DNA of 64,000 nt from contig NW_025963824.1 in assembly GCF_023055435.1 (NCBI RefSeq), positions 2,728,001-2,792,000 on the forward strand, given 5' to 3'. Source of the DNA: Haliotis rufescens. Its lineage: Eukaryota. The position numbers and the translations under genes are program-made. The notes under the pieces are model-generated. The model was not told the origin of the DNA. It made no database searches and worked only from the letters and a program-made list of their open reading frames with translations. Numbering within the stretch: position 1 is the stretch's first letter; each line of letters opens with the position of its first letter. Positions 37,770-51,995 of this stretch are shown in pieces.

Positions 37770-37920
37770 CTTTCGTTGAGCCGACACTCTACTGAATGAA
37801 ATCCATAGGGCGCTAGTCACACGGTATCAGAATGAACAACATATCCTAGTCTCATATCTCCATCACGTTACAAGATGCCATAATACTTCCGCTTTTCTGG
37901 GGTGTGAAGTACGTCACTCG
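37770..37920 (-). promoter_or_regulatory. Candidate promoter and 5' non-coding exon of FER
   Basis: The first coding exon has a splice acceptor, so an upstream exon is needed. Strong donor AAAG|GTAAGA at 37770/37769, ETS-like GCGGAAGT near 37885-37892 and CRE-like TGACGT near 37911, in non-repetitive sequence. Confidence 0.4.
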
Positions 37921-39010
37921 ATCTGTTGTTGTGCACCTGCAATGCCGCGTCACCAATTCGTGCATTATAGGGTTGGATACAAAACGTAACTCTTATTGTA
38001 TACATACGAATTATGATTATTCCCGAATCAGAATGTATTGTAAAGTTTTTATTGAAGAGCGTGCATGTTGCTTGGAATAGAATGTTGAATAGACACTATC
38101 TTATTTCTTACACTAACGTACTTCTCTGCATGCAAAGCAGTAAATAAATTACATTATTTGTCACGAAATATATTCGCCCCCAGAATAAAATCTCCCCCCC
38201 GGCGAATTTATACAGGTACAGTTCGCCCCTCTCGAAATAAACTCTCCCCCACCCTACGAAATAAAATCTCCCCCAGAATATTGAATATCCCCCTACATAA
38301 GCCAGTAAAGCTTGTTTGTCAATCCCCATTCATATATTTATATATAAAAAACTGTGGAAACAAAATACATTGTAGAGCTTGGGTTGTTTGCATTAAAATC
38401 AGAACAAAGGAATCTGTAATTAAAATGTGTAAGGTGTAAAAAGCTTTTACATAAATGAGAAAAATACATGGGGGAGAGTAAATACATAATTCTATATAAT
38501 TTTCTTGAATGGAGCACATTTGAAAAAAAAGTTTAAAAATAATCCAAGCATATGCGATATTACCGTGTTTAAAGAATTTAGATCAGTCATATATTTCTAA
38601 CTTAGATCACCCGTATGTAACCCAGGTAAAACATGCATATCGGGGAACATTGTAATGTTGGTACAGTTTATCGTGTCTTCGTGCTTTATAATTAGCATTA
38701 CACATATTTTTCATATTCCTCAAGGTTTTAATGTTTATTTGTTTATGTACTTTTTTATTTATTTTTTTCTCTCCTTTATTTTTTCTGGGCTATATATTTA
38801 TCTAAATATACATTTAGTTACTTGTATGTGTGGGGGTGTTTAACAGAAACTTGGTTGCACCATGATATTCTAGCCACTGATATTACACTGATACCATTTT
38901 CAAATCGTAGCCTGTATTAAGGAATATATTTTAGATCTTAAATCAGAGTATAACGGACAGCCTGAGCTGGAGGCGCGCGTGGATATGTTGACCGTTTTTA
39001 CGTAGTTAGT

Positions 39011-39177
39011 GAGTGAGTGAGTGAGTATGGTTTTACGCCGCTTTTAGCAATATTCCAGCAATATCACGGCGGGGGACACCAGAAATGGGCTTACACATTG
39101 TATCCATGTCGGGAATCGAACCTGGGTCTTCGCCGTGACGAGCGAACGCTTTAACCACTAGGCTACCCGACCGCCCC
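39011..39177 (-). mobile_element. tRNA-derived SINE family C
   Basis: GGGTAGCCTAGTGGTTAAAGCG...GGTTCGATTCC head, (ACTC)n tail, TSD tttacgtagttagtg. Confidence 0.88.
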
Positions 39178-39692
39178 TTTTACGTAGTTAGTGTTAAAAC
39201 CGAATGTTTGCGAGGATTAATAAGATTTCTGAATTCAGTTACAACAGTAACCGTACATGTATTTGTTACAAAAAGTCATTTCATTCAAATTTGTTTGGTG
39301 TGATATATGTCTTATAATTATTTTAGGATGGAAGGTACAGTTACCAAATAAAATATGCTAAGATATAAATTCATTATGACCGGGACACCGTCCCTATTTT
39401 CAGTGATATATTTGATGCGTTATCCAATATAGCTGTACTTGAAATTCCAAAAAATCCACAATCAATGGTCATTTTCGGGCGAAACATAAACTTCTTTACA
39501 AATTGTAAACTTGTCAAACATAGTTATTGCTTCAGAATTGCATAATTAATACAAAATGCAATAATACAATATAATACAAAAAATAATTCTCATGTCTTTT
39601 CATTCCTAATATCAGCACGCGTCGTTAAGAGCAAAATAAACTTCCCGGCATGACATCAAAAGACGCTCTGGTGAGATTTACTGTATATCTGG

Positions 39693-40240
39693 TGGGTTGT
39701 TGTTTTACGCCGCACTCAGCAATATTCCAGCTATATAACGGTGATCTGTAAATAATCGACTCTGGACCAGTCATTCCAGTGATTGACACCATGAGCATCG
39801 ATTCAAATGGTGAGGTGAGGTGAAATGGGGTTTAACATCGCGTCCAAGATTATTGCCCTTATATAGCGACGTGCATGCACATGTGTGTGTTTGTGTGGCT
39901 GCTTGTACTAGTCCGGACTGATGCCGATTTATAGTGCTAGCCCACTGAGATACCATGCCGCAGTTTAACATAGATACCCCACTCGGACTTAATTTAGTAT
40001 ACTGACTCCGAGCCGAACAGTCCTTGTTTTAGCCCCTTAACGCCGAGCGCCAGACAGGGCAACAACAAGTTTCATCGTTTAACGTCTTTTGGTATGACGC
40101 TGCCGGGGATCGAACCCCGGACCTTCCGCTCTCCGGGCGGATGCTCTACCACTAGACCACGGAGGCGGTCTCACGTGACATGAAATGAAACGATTCCCCG
40201 CGAGTCTGACACCCGATCCATCTAGCGACTCTCACAAGCA
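39693..40240 (-). mobile_element. SINE family B (39809-40170) nested in a family D element
   Basis: Family D sequence on both sides of a full family B copy. Confidence 0.75.
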
Positions 40241-40295
40241 TGGCTTGATGCACGCGACGTATATTCTTAAATGGAATCCCAATGGGTAATGTTAT

Positions 40296-40482
40296 TTTTG
40301 TTTGTTTGTTGTTTTTTGTTTGTTTGTTTAACGCCGCACTCAACAATATTCCAGCTATATGACGGCGGTCTGTAAATAATCGAGTCTGGACCGGACAATC
40401 CAGTGATTGACATCATGAGCGTCGATTTACACAATTGGGATACGATATGCATCAACCAAGTCAGCGAGTCTGACCACCCGAT
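40296..40482 (-). mobile_element. SINE-like family D fragment
   Basis: Homologous to 57518-57740. Confidence 0.75.
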
Positions 40483-40595
40483 GGGTAATAGTTGACGAGA
40501 GGTATATATATGCTGTTAGAAAAATGTTAAGCATCACCCATTCTTTATTTTCATACATTGAAAACTGACACCTATAGCTTTTGGAAATATCGACA

Positions 40596-40850
40596 TACGA
40601 GGGCTGTTCAAAAAGGTTCTCAACAAAACTAGCAATTGTGAAAGTATTTTTAATTTTCTTTTTCAACATTATCTCCCCGCTTTTCAATACACTTCTCATA
40701 TCGATAGTGAAGCTTTTCAATTCCAGTCAGGAAGAGGTTTTCTGAAACTACCCTGTAAAAAAATTAATAATTGCAGCTTTGAGGTCATCGTTGTCGTTAT
40801 AGCGCTTTCCATACAGGTGTTCTTTTACTTTAGGAAAGATGTGGAAATCC
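40596..40850 (-). mobile_element. Mariner relic (transposase C-terminus and TIR)
   Basis: Minus strand reads DFHIFPKVKEHLYGKRYNDNDDLKAA; TIR-like ta-cgagggctgttcaaaaag. Confidence 0.7.
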
Positions 40851-40907
40851 CTTGTTGCCATGGCTGGTTATATATCCTCCGCATGATCTCCTAGATTTAC
40901 ATAAGAG

Positions 40908-43900
40908 AAGTACATTCACTACTCTGTATATCATTTCGGAGGGTATATATCCCCACGTGATGTCCCTGGTGTATATATGTCAGGTAAATTCACTACCCTG
41001 TATATCATTCCCGAGGTTATATATCCCCACGTAATGTCCCTGGTGTATATATGTAAGGTAAATTCACTACTCTGTATATCATTATCGAGGTTATATATCC
41101 CCATGTGATGTCCCTGGTGTATAAATGTCAGGTAAATTCACTACTCTGTATATCATTCCCGAGGTTATATATCCCAACGTGATGTTCCTGGTGTATATAT
41201 GTCAGGTACATTCACTACCCTGTATATCATTCCCGAGGTTATATATCCCCATGTGATGTCCCTGGTGTATAAATGTCAGGTACATTCACTACCCTGTATA
41301 TCATTCCCGAGGTTATATATCCCCACGTGATGTCCCTGGTGTATAAATGTCAGGTAAATTCACTACCCTGTATATCATTCCCGAGGTTATATATCCCCAT
41401 GTGATGTCCCTGGTGTATATATGTCAGGTACATTCACTACCCTGTATATCATTCCCGAGGTTATATATCCCCATGTGATGTCCCTGGTGTATATATGTCA
41501 GGTACATTCACTACCCTGTATATCATTCCCGAGGTTATATATCCCCATGTGATGTCCCTGGTGTATATATGTCAGGTACATTCACTACCCTGTATATCAT
41601 TCCCGAGGTTATATATCCCCATGTGATGTCCCTGGTGTATATATGTCAGGTACATTCACTACCCTGTATATCATTCCCGAGGTTATATATCCCCATGTGA
41701 TGTCCCTGGTGTATATATGTCAGGTACATTCACTACCCTGTATATCATTCCTGAGGTTATATATCCCCATGTGATGTCCCTGGTGTATATATGTCAGGTA
41801 CATTCACTACCCTGTATATCATTCCCGAGGTTATATATCCCCACGTGATGTCCCTGGTGTATATATGTCAGGTACATTCACTACCCTGTATATCATTCTC
41901 GATGTTATATATCCCCACGTGATGTCCCTGGTGTATATATGTCAGGTACATACACTACTCTGTATATCATTCCCGAGGTTATATATCCCCATGTGATGTC
42001 CCTGGTGTATATATGTCAGGTACATTCACTACCCTGTATATCATTCCCGAGGTTATATATCCCCACGTGATGTCCCTGGTGTATATATGTCAGGTACATA
42101 CACTACTCTGTATATCATTATCGAGGTTATATATCCCCACGTGATGTCCCCGGTGTATATATGTCAGGTAAATTCACTACCCTGTATATCATTCCCGAGG
42201 TTATATATCCCCACGTAATGTCCCTGGTGTATATATGTAAGGTAAATTCACTACTCTGTATATCATTATCGAGGTTATATATCCCCATGTGATGTCCCTG
42301 GTGTATAAATGTCAGGTAAATTCACTACTCTGTATATCATTCCCGAGGTTATATATCCCAACGTGATGTTCCTGGTGTATATATGTCAGGTACATTCACT
42401 ACCCTGTATATCATTCCCGAGGTTATATATCCCCATGTGATGTCCCTGGTGTATATATGTCAGGTACATTCACTACCCTGTATATCATTCCCGAGGTTAT
42501 ATATCCCCACGTGATGTCCCTGGTGTATATATGTCAGGTACATTCACTACCCTGTATATCATTCCCGAGGTTATATATCCCCACGTGATGTCCCTGGTGT
42601 ATATATGTCAGGTACATACACTACTCTGTATATCATTATCGAGGTTATATATCCCAACGTGATGTTCCTGGTGTATAAATGTCAGGTAAATTCACTACCC
42701 TGTATATCATTCCCGAGGTTATATATCCCCATGTGATGTCCCTGGTGTATATATGTCAGGTACATTCACTACCCTGTATATCATTCCCGAGGTTATATAT
42801 CCCCACGTGATGTCCCTGGTGTATATATGTCAGGTACATTCACTACCCTGTATATCATTCCCGAGGTTATATATCCCCACGTGATGTCCCTGGTGTATAT
42901 ATGTCAGGTACATACACTACTCTGTATATCATTATCGAGGTTATATATCCCCACGTGATGTCCCCGGTGTATATATGTCAGGTACATTCACTACCCTGTA
43001 TATCATTCCCGAGGTTATATATCCCCATGTGATGTCCCTGGTGTATATATGTCAGGTAAATTCACTACTCTGTATATCATTATCGAGGTTATATATCCCC
43101 ACGTGATGTCCCTGGTGTATATATGTCAGGTACATTCACTACCCTGTATATCATTCCCGAGGTTATATATCCCCACGTAATGTCCCTGGTGTATATATGT
43201 AAGGTAAATTCACTACTCTGTATATCATTATCGAGGTTATATATCCCCATGTGATGTCCCTGGTGTATATATGTCAGGTAAATTCACTACTCTGTATATC
43301 ATTCCCGAGGTTATATATCCCAACGTGATGTTCCTGGTGTATATATGTCAGGTACATTCACTACCCTGTATATCATTCCCGAGGTTATATATCCCCACGT
43401 GATGTCCCTGGTGTATATATGTCAGGTACATTCACTACCCTGTATATCATTCCCGAGGTTATATATCCCCACGTGATGTCCCTGGTGTATATATGTCAGG
43501 TACATACACTACTCTGTATATCATTATCGAGGTTATATATCCCCACGTGATGTCCCCGGTGTATATATGTCAGGTACATTCACTACCCTGTATATCATTC
43601 CCGAGGTTATATATCCCCATGTGATGTCCCTGGTGTATATATGTCAGGTAAATTCACTACTCTGTATATCATTATCGAGGTTATATATCCCCATGTGATG
43701 TCCCTGGTGTATATATGACAGGTAAAGTCACTACTCTGTATATCATTATCGAGGTTATATATCCCCACGTGATGACCCTGGTGTATATATGTCAGGTACA
43801 TTCACTACCCTGTATATCATTCTCGATGTTATATATCCCCATGTGATGTCCCTGGTGTATATATGTCAGGTACATTCACTACCCTGTATATCATTCTCGA

Positions 43901-44132
43901 GGTTATATATCCCCAAGAGATGTCCCTGGTGTATATATGTCAGGTAAATTCACTACCCTGTATATCATTCTCTATGTTATATATCCCCACGTGATGTCCC
44001 TGGTGAATTTATGTTAGGTAAATTCACTACTCTGTATATCATTCTCAATGTTATATATCCCTACGTGATGTCCCTGGTGTATAAATGTCAGGTAAATTCC
44101 CTACCCTGTATATCACTCTCGAGGTTATATAT
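40908..44132. repeat. 74-bp tandem array (~43 copies)
   Basis: Unit tatatatccccacgtgatgtccctggtgtatatatgtcaggtacattcactaccctgtatatcattcccgaggt. Confidence 0.95.
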
Positions 44133-44518
44133 CTCTAGCGATGCAGCTGTTATCTTATCTCGACACATGTGCACATTTAACCGACAAATATTGATATTTT
44201 AAGATAGGAGGTAATCACCTGCGTGTGTCAGGCAACGGAACCTATCCGTGACATCAAGTTAGCGTTAAGATAACAGGAGACGGGAAACCTAAGAGCAAAC
44301 GCAGCATTAGAAATTGTCGTATCGATACTGTAGAAAATAGAATTCTCGGAAAACAACACTAATGCACACTGCACGGCGTTCATTCAGCTTTAGATTTAAA
44401 ACCAAGACAGTTTTAAATATATAGAATTGTCGTTACTTTCAAAGAATTCCAAAAGAGCAGAAAAGCATCCCGCCAACACCGACTATTTGTGTGATGTCTG
44501 TCATCTTCAGCATGTGTA

Positions 44519-44679
44519 TGTAGCAGGGCGTGGAGTCATCCCACAGATGACATCCTTACCTTGTCAGCTTGCTGACGGGGTTAACCTCTTTGGTCATGTG
44601 GACAAGGCGTCCGACCTGTGATCAGAAGGTCTGTGGTTCGAATCCCATCACGGGACTCGGAAATTTTATGGCCGTTACA
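44519..44679 (+). mobile_element. Solo LTR of the tRNA-containing TRIM
   Basis: 161 bp, TG...CA, near-identical to 32756-32916, 4-bp TSD TGTA (44515-44518 / 44680-44683). Confidence 0.92.
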
Positions 44680-45149
44680 TGTACGCACCCCCTTCCTACT
44701 TCCCTGAACTGCTCACTACAACGTACAAGTGGGAGACACACAGGAGATAAGTGTATCCGTCAACGAATACTACTTCCCTCCTGTACTGGGGCACACGCTG
44801 CATTGTCAGTCGAGGAGGATCAGAGAATGTCGGATTATTCGAGAGAATATTTAAGAATTGACATTCACTATATGTGAGTTCCCAAGCTCCGACGTTCAAA
44901 CAGTTTGGCCCTCACTCTGTGAAGGTTCATACTCCAATGAACTCACACAAAGTGAAAGTCAATTCTTATAATTTCTTATAACAATTTCTTACCCCAAAGG
45001 ATGTAGGCCTAGATCTGTTCCCCCATTCTATTTGTGACTTCATGTTTACACTCAGACATTTTTTCTTTTTTATCTTTTCTTTTATCTGTAGCAGCTTTTT
45101 AAATTTGTCAATTGTTGGAATATGATAATTTAATAAAGCTCAATATACG

Positions 45150-45558
45150 AACATACAATGCCATTTAGAAAGTGGTCAAATGTAACAAATGTTATATTTG
45201 GAATAAGCTTTCTGAGTAAAGCATAGATTCTCGTAATTGTATGGGTTTAGTCCTGTCTGGGATTTGAACCCACACTGCCAGAGTGAGGCACCTAAACGTC
45301 AGACACAAAGTCAGCGATCTAACCCACTCAGCTAACGATTCTTCCACAAAATGAAAGTCCGACAACTGGTAGTCTAGATCACGTTCTTTATGTACCCCTC
45401 TGGCAAGTGTAAACTGGCACTGCTCCAATGACCGAGAACTATGAACACACAATGCCATTTAGAAAGTGGTCAAATGTAACAAGTGTTATATTTGGGACTC
45501 AACCCAAAAAGGTACGAGAAGCCAGAAAGTGTTATCCCAAATATAACATTTGTTACAT
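45150..45558. mobile_element. tRNA-containing repeat, partial tandem plus inverted end (same family as 15845-16535)
   Basis: ~295-bp unit whose start caatgccatttagaaagtggtcaaatgtaacaa recurs, followed by an inverted segment ending catttgttaca. Confidence 0.55.
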
Positions 45559-45572
45559 AGGCTCAATATAGT

Positions 45573-45898
45573 NNNNNNNNNNNNNNNNNNNNNNNNNNNN
45601 NNNNNNNNNNNNNNNNNNNNNNNNNNNNNNNNNNNNNNNNNNNNNNNNNNNNNNNNNNNNNNNNNNNNNNNNNNNNNNNNNNNNNNNNNNNNNNNNNNNN
45701 NNNNNNNNNNNNNNNNNNNNNNNNNNNNNNNNNNNNNNNNNNNNNNNNNNNNNNNNNNNNNNNNNNNNNNNNNNNNNNNNNNNNNNNNNNNNNNNNNNNN
45801 NNNNNNNNNNNNNNNNNNNNNNNNNNNNNNNNNNNNNNNNNNNNNNNNNNNNNNNNNNNNNNNNNNNNNNNNNNNNNNNNNNNNNNNNNNNNNNNNNN
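45573..45898. other. Assembly gap (N run)
   Basis: N characters. Confidence 1.
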
Positions 45899-46671
45899 AT
45901 GGCAACATTGACTGGGTGATGTCCCTCCTCAATTGCAGTACTATTTATTCTCAGGCGTTTTTCTCGCGTGGAATATTATTATGTCGACCTATTTCAAAAA
46001 CAGATTAAAATTGTTGCATGGACGTGCCTCTAGTCCGTGAATGTAGAGTATGGCCGACACCAGATATGACTATATGACTGAATCACAAGACTGGATAGTA
46101 AACAAACAGGACCACACTGAGTTGGATATCGGAGTAGGAATCAAGAAGCTTGGGTGGGTTTAAACTTAAATACTACATGCAATAAATGCCAAACGTATGA
46201 ATACACTTGCTACACGTGGGAAGCAGCCACGTCGATATCTTCCCATGCATGGTTTTTAAATGGCAGATTTCAGGAAGCTAGTTAGACTATATGAGGGAAA
46301 AAGAGCATTACTTTCGCATCTCTCACACATTTCGTTACATCAAGACAAGCTTTCGTGTGAGGATCACTCATCACAACTGATTTCCTGCCTATTCTTTTCT
46401 CGGAAGCCTGACCGCTGTCGCCGCTTGGTGAATATACATTATTATTATCACTGTATTTTGTGTTTGATACTGACCACTGCCATCATATTATATACTGCTA
46501 TTGAATGTTGTACTACCACTCTATTGTGTACTGTCATTGTAATTGGTGTGCACTATCTTGTATTGATTTGTAATCTAGTGAATTTGGTGATACATTTGTT
46601 GATTTGTTGGTTGGTTTCACAGCAGTACAGATTTCTGTATTAACATATGATTTCAATTTGAGAATCTACAC

Positions 46672-47005
46672 GTGACAAGGTGAAATAGGGTTTAACGTCG
46701 TGTTCAAAATGATTGCACTTATATAACGATGCATGCATGTGTGCGTGACTGCTTGTACTTGGTCGGAATAATGCTGGGTTTATAGTGCTAGCACACTGAG
46801 ATACCATGCCGCAGATTAACATGAATACCCTACTCAGACACAGTATAATGACCCTGAGTCCTTGTTTTAGACCATTAAAGCCGAGTGCCAGGCAGGGTAA
46901 CGACAAGTACCATATTTTAACGTTTTTTGGTATGACGCTCGGGGATCGAACCACCGACCTTCTGCTCTCCAGACAGACGCTCTAGCCACCAGACCATGGA
47001 GGCGA
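46672..47005 (-). mobile_element. SINE family B, diverged copy
   Basis: Homologous to 62476-62821. Confidence 0.75.
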
Positions 47006-47389
47006 CCCGTCACGCGTTGTATTTAAACATGTCCTGTGACGTAAACATACTTATCTCAGCAGCAGAACATTTGTTGGTAATCATCCCAGTTTCAAACGTT
47101 ACTTCTAAATGTGAAAAACACCCTATTTTTATATTGTATATGTGAAACATTGAAGCCCTAGCTTTTCACAAAAGGAATACGCTGCATTGATAGTACTCAA
47201 GAACTTTATGAACACCCGATACTCTCCAATCACTATAGTTAATGGTATGGCTGGACAGATTAATTATAGTAATAGTAAAGAATCGGATTTTCTTAAACTT
47301 GTTTTAAGTAGTTTTGTTATATGGCAGTGTAATTTATTGTTAAACAATGACTGTAACTATATCACATTGTTTCTGTTGAGAATCATTAG

Positions 47390-47668
47390 AGTGAGTGAGT
47401 GAGTTGTGTTTAAGGCCTCTTTTAACAGTATTCCAGTTATATGCGTGTCAGCGGCGTGTCAGCTTAATGTGGGAGGAAAGCCCGAAGTGATGCAGGTCTC
47501 AGACGTTTACCACTGCGGTGAAACCCACGAGCACGGGTATGGTGCTGACAAACCTAGAAACATAATGGGGGCGAACCGGGATTCAAAGCCACAATCATAG
47601 GTTTCTGGCGTGCCCAAGGGACGCAACTCATCACAGCGAATCGCGGCGCCTTAGACGACTGGCCCAAG
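47390..47668 (-). mobile_element. SINE family A copy
   Basis: Homologous to 58554-58836. Confidence 0.82.
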
Positions 47669-48489
47669 ATTTATTAGACGTTCAATGCATTGTATTTGTT
47701 GTCAGGAGTGTAGTACTATTTAATGTAGGCAGTGGTGAGGAAGTTATTATACACAGATGCTCGAATTATCTGGTAACCTCCGTAATAGCATGGATTGATA
47801 CCAAGCGTTATACAAACATTTGGAATATTCTGTGATGTTTAGACGGACAGACAGACAGACTTTATTCAGTACTTTAGGCCCTGTATGGATAAAAAAAATA
47901 AATGTACATGCTGAATAAACGGCTGGAGGAAAGTACAATTTATGTTACAGGAATAGGTGATGTGCTTCTTATCCTCAACACAATCAGAACATCTAGCATG
48001 GCAGAATAAAAAGAAGCGTTGGTTATTGACCTTTAACACACTTTCGCCATCTTGGATCGAAATCGAGGCTTGGAGAGCATAGCTCCACGCAGTGTGAGTC
48101 CCATCCGCTGATAGCCTTTTACTGATGGACATTTCAAACAAAAAATGATATCCTCTGTATCTCATAGCTGAGGTCCAACTAAAATATACATGTAATATTC
48201 TGGAACTCGCATTTTGCTGTCAGGATCCCGAAAGTGAATCGAAAAGTGCACATCGAGATACGTATTTCCGAAATAGATTGTTTTTTTCATAACCTCGTCG
48301 GAATATAGGTAGAATGTGATAGTTTACTCAATGGCAGAAGTTTAGGATCTAAAATGAACTGCGAAACATGAAACACGTCAGTATTTTGCTGGTTTGCTCA
48401 GTCAACGCGTGGCTTGGCGAACTCGAGATCGTTGATCATGTACTTCACGTTTCATTATGGTGTTTGCTGCACCACGCACTATCGTCTTG

Positions 48490-48650
48490 AGGGGCGGTGG
48501 GGTAGCCTAGTGGTTAATGCGTTGGCTCGTCACGCCGGAGACCCACATGGGTACAATGTGAAGCCCATTTTCCTGTGTCCCCCACCGTGATATGGCTGGA
48601 ATATTGCTAAAAGCGGCGTAAAACCATACTCACTCACTCACTCACTCACT
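48490..48650 (+). mobile_element. SINE family C copy
   Basis: ggggcggtggggtagcctagtgg head, (actc)n tail, flanked by ctatcgt(c/t)ttg. Confidence 0.82.
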
Positions 48651-51532
48651 ATCGTTTTGTCACGAGTCCAGATGACATAAGACACTTTGTCTGCCATGAT
48701 TTTCATCCAAACATATTACGATGTAAATGAAATTAGTTCACAAAATAACTCGTGTGTCAAAATAAATATTCAGAAGGGGCGATAACTCTATTTAGTGTGT
48801 ACAATGACAGATGGAACTTTACCTGATTTAATATATTATTGGCGAGATTGCACCGTGCACGTCAAAAGTAATAATGTATGAAATGTTTAAAATAAGTTAA
48901 AATGAAACTTAAAATTAATAAATGTAAATATTGCATGAAATAAAAGAAATATTAGAATTGATACACCATCAACTTCTTGAACACCCTGACCTGATCCTAT
49001 ATGATGATATGGAATTGCATACAAAGATATAACTTGTCTTCTTTCAAACTTTTCTGTATTCTTTCTTTGACTCTGGTCATGACACCACTGGCTACCAAAC
49101 TATTCATACACCAAATCTACTAACCAAAACTTCATTTGGCAACCTCCAGGATGAGAGTTAGAGAAATAGGTTTTCAAATGTACCAGTAAGTGTCTCTGGT
49201 CTAAATAATGACATTCATGCAGATAAATGTATGATTTTATAATACTTATGACCAAACAAAAATATCAAAGTATTCTTTTCATAAAGTTTCAAAAATAGAT
49301 ATACCAATATATATGTACAGTCTATTTTCAATCTATCTTGAAAGCTGGATAATAATGGATGTTACATTGCTTATGAATTATCCAAAACTGATTATAATTT
49401 ATATACCAAATCATACATGTAGATTATCAAGATTAATGATAAGAAAATCTGAGTTTCGAATGAAGTATTGAAATTATGTCCTTGTAATATGATTTTAATT
49501 ATTAAATCATTGAGATATCTCACAAAAAGTTCAACATGCTTAAAATATATCCATCATGTTCATGGTGTTTAGTTTTTTCCAGATATTACCAAAATATGAT
49601 AATATTATCTGCAAGCAAACATGAAAATGGTGTTTTATTTTAACTAAGAACATACCATCCTCAAGTTTTACCCCACAAATTGAAAAAGAATTCATTTTAC
49701 TTATGTTCCCACAGTCTGTTCAGTCAGTAATAAAATGTCAAAGTGGGTCGGGGAAATAACTCTCTGTCATTTCATCCCCAAACATTGTTATTTTTTCCAT
49801 GTTTGCAAAACCCAACAATATAGTTAACGAATTGCTATTATTCCATTTTGGACAACCTGGAAACCAAATAATTATAATCAATTTCTTATATCTAAAACAG
49901 GCAAATAAAATGTGTTGATTCAATTAAATAATTCTGATTTATCTTATAGTTGGATATTAGTGAGAGCCTGATATGCAGCTATCTAAAATCATCTGGATCC
50001 CTCATATTTAACAATCTGGATTTCACATATTTTACAAAGAAAATCAAACCAAGTTTGTCATGTCTTTATTTCTCACAATATAAGCATGTTTATCGTCCAC
50101 TTCAGTTATTCAGACTTTTCAAAACTTAACATGGCCTGGGTGTCTTTGTCAGTCAAAAGAACCTAATAAAATTCCAGGAGAAAATGATTTTCTTGCTTGT
50201 AAACAAATGGCTCAATGTGTTTTTTTAGAATAGTTTTATTCAAACATCACAAGTCAGATAAATATTGGCTATGTTGTTGAGTGAGTGAATATGGCTTTTC
50301 ACTTCCTCGTCCTATATTTAAGTGAAATGTGACAGGAAGCACATCGTAACCAGTGTGTTACTGTCCTCCAGACATCCGTCACCGGATACTTTATTGTTGA
50401 CTTCATTGTTGACTCTCTGGAAACAAAGCCTGAAATAAATAATTCAATAATATTGTAATAATATTTTTACTTCTACGATTTTATTTTAAAAACAATGAAT
50501 ATTCACTTTTTCTCAAAATATTGCTTCTGAAAAAGAGAAATTTTAGTAAAATTAATCACAGTGAATACCATGACATGCTACTTTAGAACAATCTTGAAGG
50601 TATCAATTCATCTGATATGTCTAAAACTCAAACAGTACATTCTGTGTAAACCCAACAGATGCATCACTTTAATGACAGAGTGTACTACGGTTCTTTATAT
50701 CAATGTTACACAGAAATTCACTCTTCTTTTACTTAAACAGGTTTTCATATTTGTATAATAAAAATCAGGTGAAATATCACGTTTTGTCCCATGTAGAATC
50801 AGCCTGCCTCATTGACACTATGGTTTTCTGAGTGCGGTTATGAAGATCACAAAGAAAATATAATATGAATAAGACTTCATAGATCTTAGATCACAAGACG
50901 CGATAGACTCAAGCTATCACTGCTATTTGACAAGGAAAAAAATTTCCTCTATGAATTTATACTTATTTTTACTTCTCGTCTTGATAAAAAAAACCTGAAG
51001 TTCTAACGGGTATTAAGATAGCAAAATATTAGAGCACAATTATCATCTTATAAATAAATTAGTATAATTAATAATCAATAATACATTACATGGCATTTGC
51101 TTGCACAAAAGAAATTATTTTGTTTTGAAAGTTTCTAAAAATGTTTGTGTACATAAAACCAGATGGATTTCAAAATTAAACAAATGGAAAAACAAAGAGT
51201 TATGATTGCAACACCCATGGGAGTTACACAACATTCATAAAAAATAATTAACTATAGCAAAATATTACATCATGGCAATATAATTATTGCACACTCAATC
51301 TCAATTTATGAATTTGAAATATTTGAAAACAGACTGTAAAAAGATTTATCTGTTTCTGTACATTACATAAAGATCACATGTAGATTGAACATTTACTGGC
51401 CATGAATTAGTTGGGGTTTTGTTCATTTCATGACATGATTAATTTGGTACAGAAAAGTAAATATCATTTTGGTAGAAATATTATTTACACAATTGCAGAT
51501 CAAACTGTACTTCACTTTAAATGTGTACACAC

Positions 51533-51995
51533 TAGGGCTGCAACGAATACACTATGAGGCGAATACGATTCATATCAGGAATATACGGTAACGAATACGA
51601 ATATTAATTCACAATTACAATATCAAGTCAGCAGTTTATGTATTATTTATTATATTCAATGAAACAAAAACAACATAATCTATTTGACATGTTTTGTTAA
51701 TTATTAATAAATTATACATTTATATACTGCACTTATCCAGGTACTAGTATCTGCTCAAATGCGACAATGACCAGTGAAAACAATACTTTCAAATTAAATA
51801 TTATTAGAGTGTTGTCATTGAAAGAAATCTATGCATATAATATGTTGTTATGGATATTTTTAGGAACAGGGTATGTAAATATACATGAAAGCATATTCAT
51901 AAATATTTGATTCTAGTGGCCATGAATAACGAATTCAATTCATGAATGGTTACGGTTCGATTCACGGAATACGCGATTGAATCGTAACAGCCCTA
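51533..51995. mobile_element. hAT-like MITE
   Basis: TIRs tagggctg / cagcccta; perfect 8-bp TSD gtacacac. Confidence 0.85.

Noticed and set aside
45486-46008. ORFs spanning the N run
   Set aside because: Artefacts of the assembly gap
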